From IMG/VR virus record IMGVR_UViG_2609459804_000023: a DNA stretch of 6,173 bases; one strand, written 5' to 3'. This DNA is from a virus (taxonomy: Duplodnaviria > Heunggongvirae > Uroviricota > Caudoviricetes). The notes under the pieces are model-generated. The model was not told the DNA's origin, searched no databases, and worked only from the letters and a program-made list of their open reading frames with translations. Shown here one piece after another: positions 5,279 through 6,173 of this stretch (the first letter of the stretch is position 1; every line of letters starts with the position of its first letter). The translations under genes and the position numbers were made by a program.

Positions 5279-5812
5279 GTGACTCAGAAACTCCACTATG
5301 GTTTATCGGTAGCCGTTCTGGCGCTGATTGCGGCAGGTGCTTCTGCGCCTGAAATCATCGACCAGTTTCTTGACGAAAAAGAAGGTAACCACACCACGGC
5401 ATACCGTGATGGTGCGGGGATCTGGACCATCTGCCGTGGTGCCATCATGGTGGATGGCAAACCTGTCGTCCCGGGCATGAAGTTGTCGAAGGAAAAATGC
5501 GACCAGGTTAACGCCATTGAGCGTGATAAGGCGCTGGCATGGGTGGAGAAAAACATCAGAGTGCCACTGACCGAACCCCAGAAAGCGGGGATCGCGTCAT
5601 TCTGTCCGTACAACATCGGGCCTTCGAAATGCTTCACCTCAACGTTTTACCGGAAACTGAACGCCGGAGACCGGAAAGGTGCATGTGCTGAAATCCGCCG
5701 ATGGATATATGACGGCGGCAGGGACTGTCGGAATCGCTCAAATAACTGTTACGGGCAGGTATCGCGGCGTGACCAGGAGAGCGCGCTGGCGTGCTGGGGA
5801 ATTGACAGATAA
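5279..5812 (+). CDS. R: SAR (signal-arrest-release) endolysin, T4-lysozyme-like glycoside hydrolase family 24; GTG start
   Basis: N-terminal SAR-like segment GLSVAVLALIAAGASAP; catalytic E-x8-D-x5-T triad in EGNHTTAYRDGAGIWT; positioned 4 nt after the pinholin stop, the usual pinholin plus SAR-endolysin pairing. Confidence 0.92.
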   Translation: MTQKLHYGLSVAVLALIAAGASAPEIIDQFLDEKEGNHTTAYRDGAGIWTICRGAIMVDGKPVVPGMKLSKEKCDQVNAIERDKALAWVEKNIRVPLTEPQKAGIASFCPYNIGPSKCFTSTFYRKLNAGDRKGACAEIRRWIYDGGRDCRNRSNNCYGQVSRRDQESALACWGIDR

Positions 5813-5902
5813 GCAGAATATTTTGCTGAAAAATGCGGTTTGCTCACACGGACGGATAACACGAAATCCTGCGAACTGACAAAAACTAAGTGAATAAAAG
5901 TA

Positions 5903-5937
5903 AAAACCCCGTTTGTTGGCTGCAAGCGGGGTTTTGT
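5903..5937. terminator. Bidirectional intrinsic terminator downstream of the endolysin gene
   Basis: aaaaccccg...cggggtttt hairpin with inner ttg/caa extension, A-rich upstream and T-rich downstream, so U-tracts exist in both orientations. Confidence 0.7.
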
Positions 5938-5968
5938 GTTTCTGACCTTGGATAAGGCAAGGGAGAAC

Positions 5969-6151
5969 ATGGAAAAGTATAAACGAATTCTGTTGAGGTT
6001 GACTATGAAAAACGGCCTTGAACTGAAAGCGCCTGTAACTGATGACATCAGCAGAGCACTGGCTTTTGCCATTAAGTGGGTGGCGGTCGGTGTTGCTGTG
6101 TCCCCGATGCTGTATGGGCTGGCAAAACTGGTCATTGCGTTGAAATCGTGA
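5969..6151 (+). CDS. Hypothetical small membrane protein (60 aa from ATG 5969; C-terminal transmembrane segment)
   Basis: MEKYKRILLRLTMKNGLELKAPVTDDISRALAFAIKWVAVGVAVSPMLYGLAKLVIALKS; aagggaga ribosome-binding site just upstream; the ORF-track GTG start at 5936 lies inside the terminator hairpin and is unlikely. Confidence 0.35.
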   Translation: MEKYKRILLRLTMKNGLELKAPVTDDISRALAFAIKWVAVGVAVSPMLYGLAKLVIALKS

Positions 6152-6165
6152 AGGGAGGATTAAGC

Positions 6166-6173
6166 ATGTCAGA
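6166..6173 (+). CDS. 5' end of the next gene (only ATG TCA GA in window); by position possibly the i-spanin Rz
   Basis: Strong Shine-Dalgarno agggagg at 6152-6158 followed 7 nt later by ATG at 6166; the gene continues beyond the window. Confidence 0.25.

Noticed and set aside
5296-6135. ORFs 5296-5637 (minus), 5679-5879 (plus) and 5749-6135 (minus)
   Set aside because: Overlap the endolysin gene, the bidirectional terminator or the small downstream ORF; no start context.

Overview
This window reads as the late-regulatory and lysis region of a lambdoid (phage 21 / Stx-phage-like) prophage of an enterobacterium, with no stx genes present. From left to right: an IS1 element (1-760, left end cut by the window) abutting a short open frame that may be the 3' remnant of the Q antiterminator gene; a PR'-like promoter and tR' terminator; a decayed tRNA-like relic; three tandem diverged copies of a ~170-240 bp module, each ending in a strong intrinsic terminator; a prophage nanS-p-type sialate O-acetylesterase gene (2358-4331); two small hypothetical ORFs; a strong terminator; a dual-start S21-like pinholin (5059-5274); a SAR endolysin (5279-5812); a bidirectional terminator; and a small membrane ORF before the start of the next gene at the window edge. 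The most unusual element is the triplicated terminator-bearing module array occupying the slot where Stx phages carry stx. All homology statements are from reading the sequence and memory of the named families; none has been verified by search.
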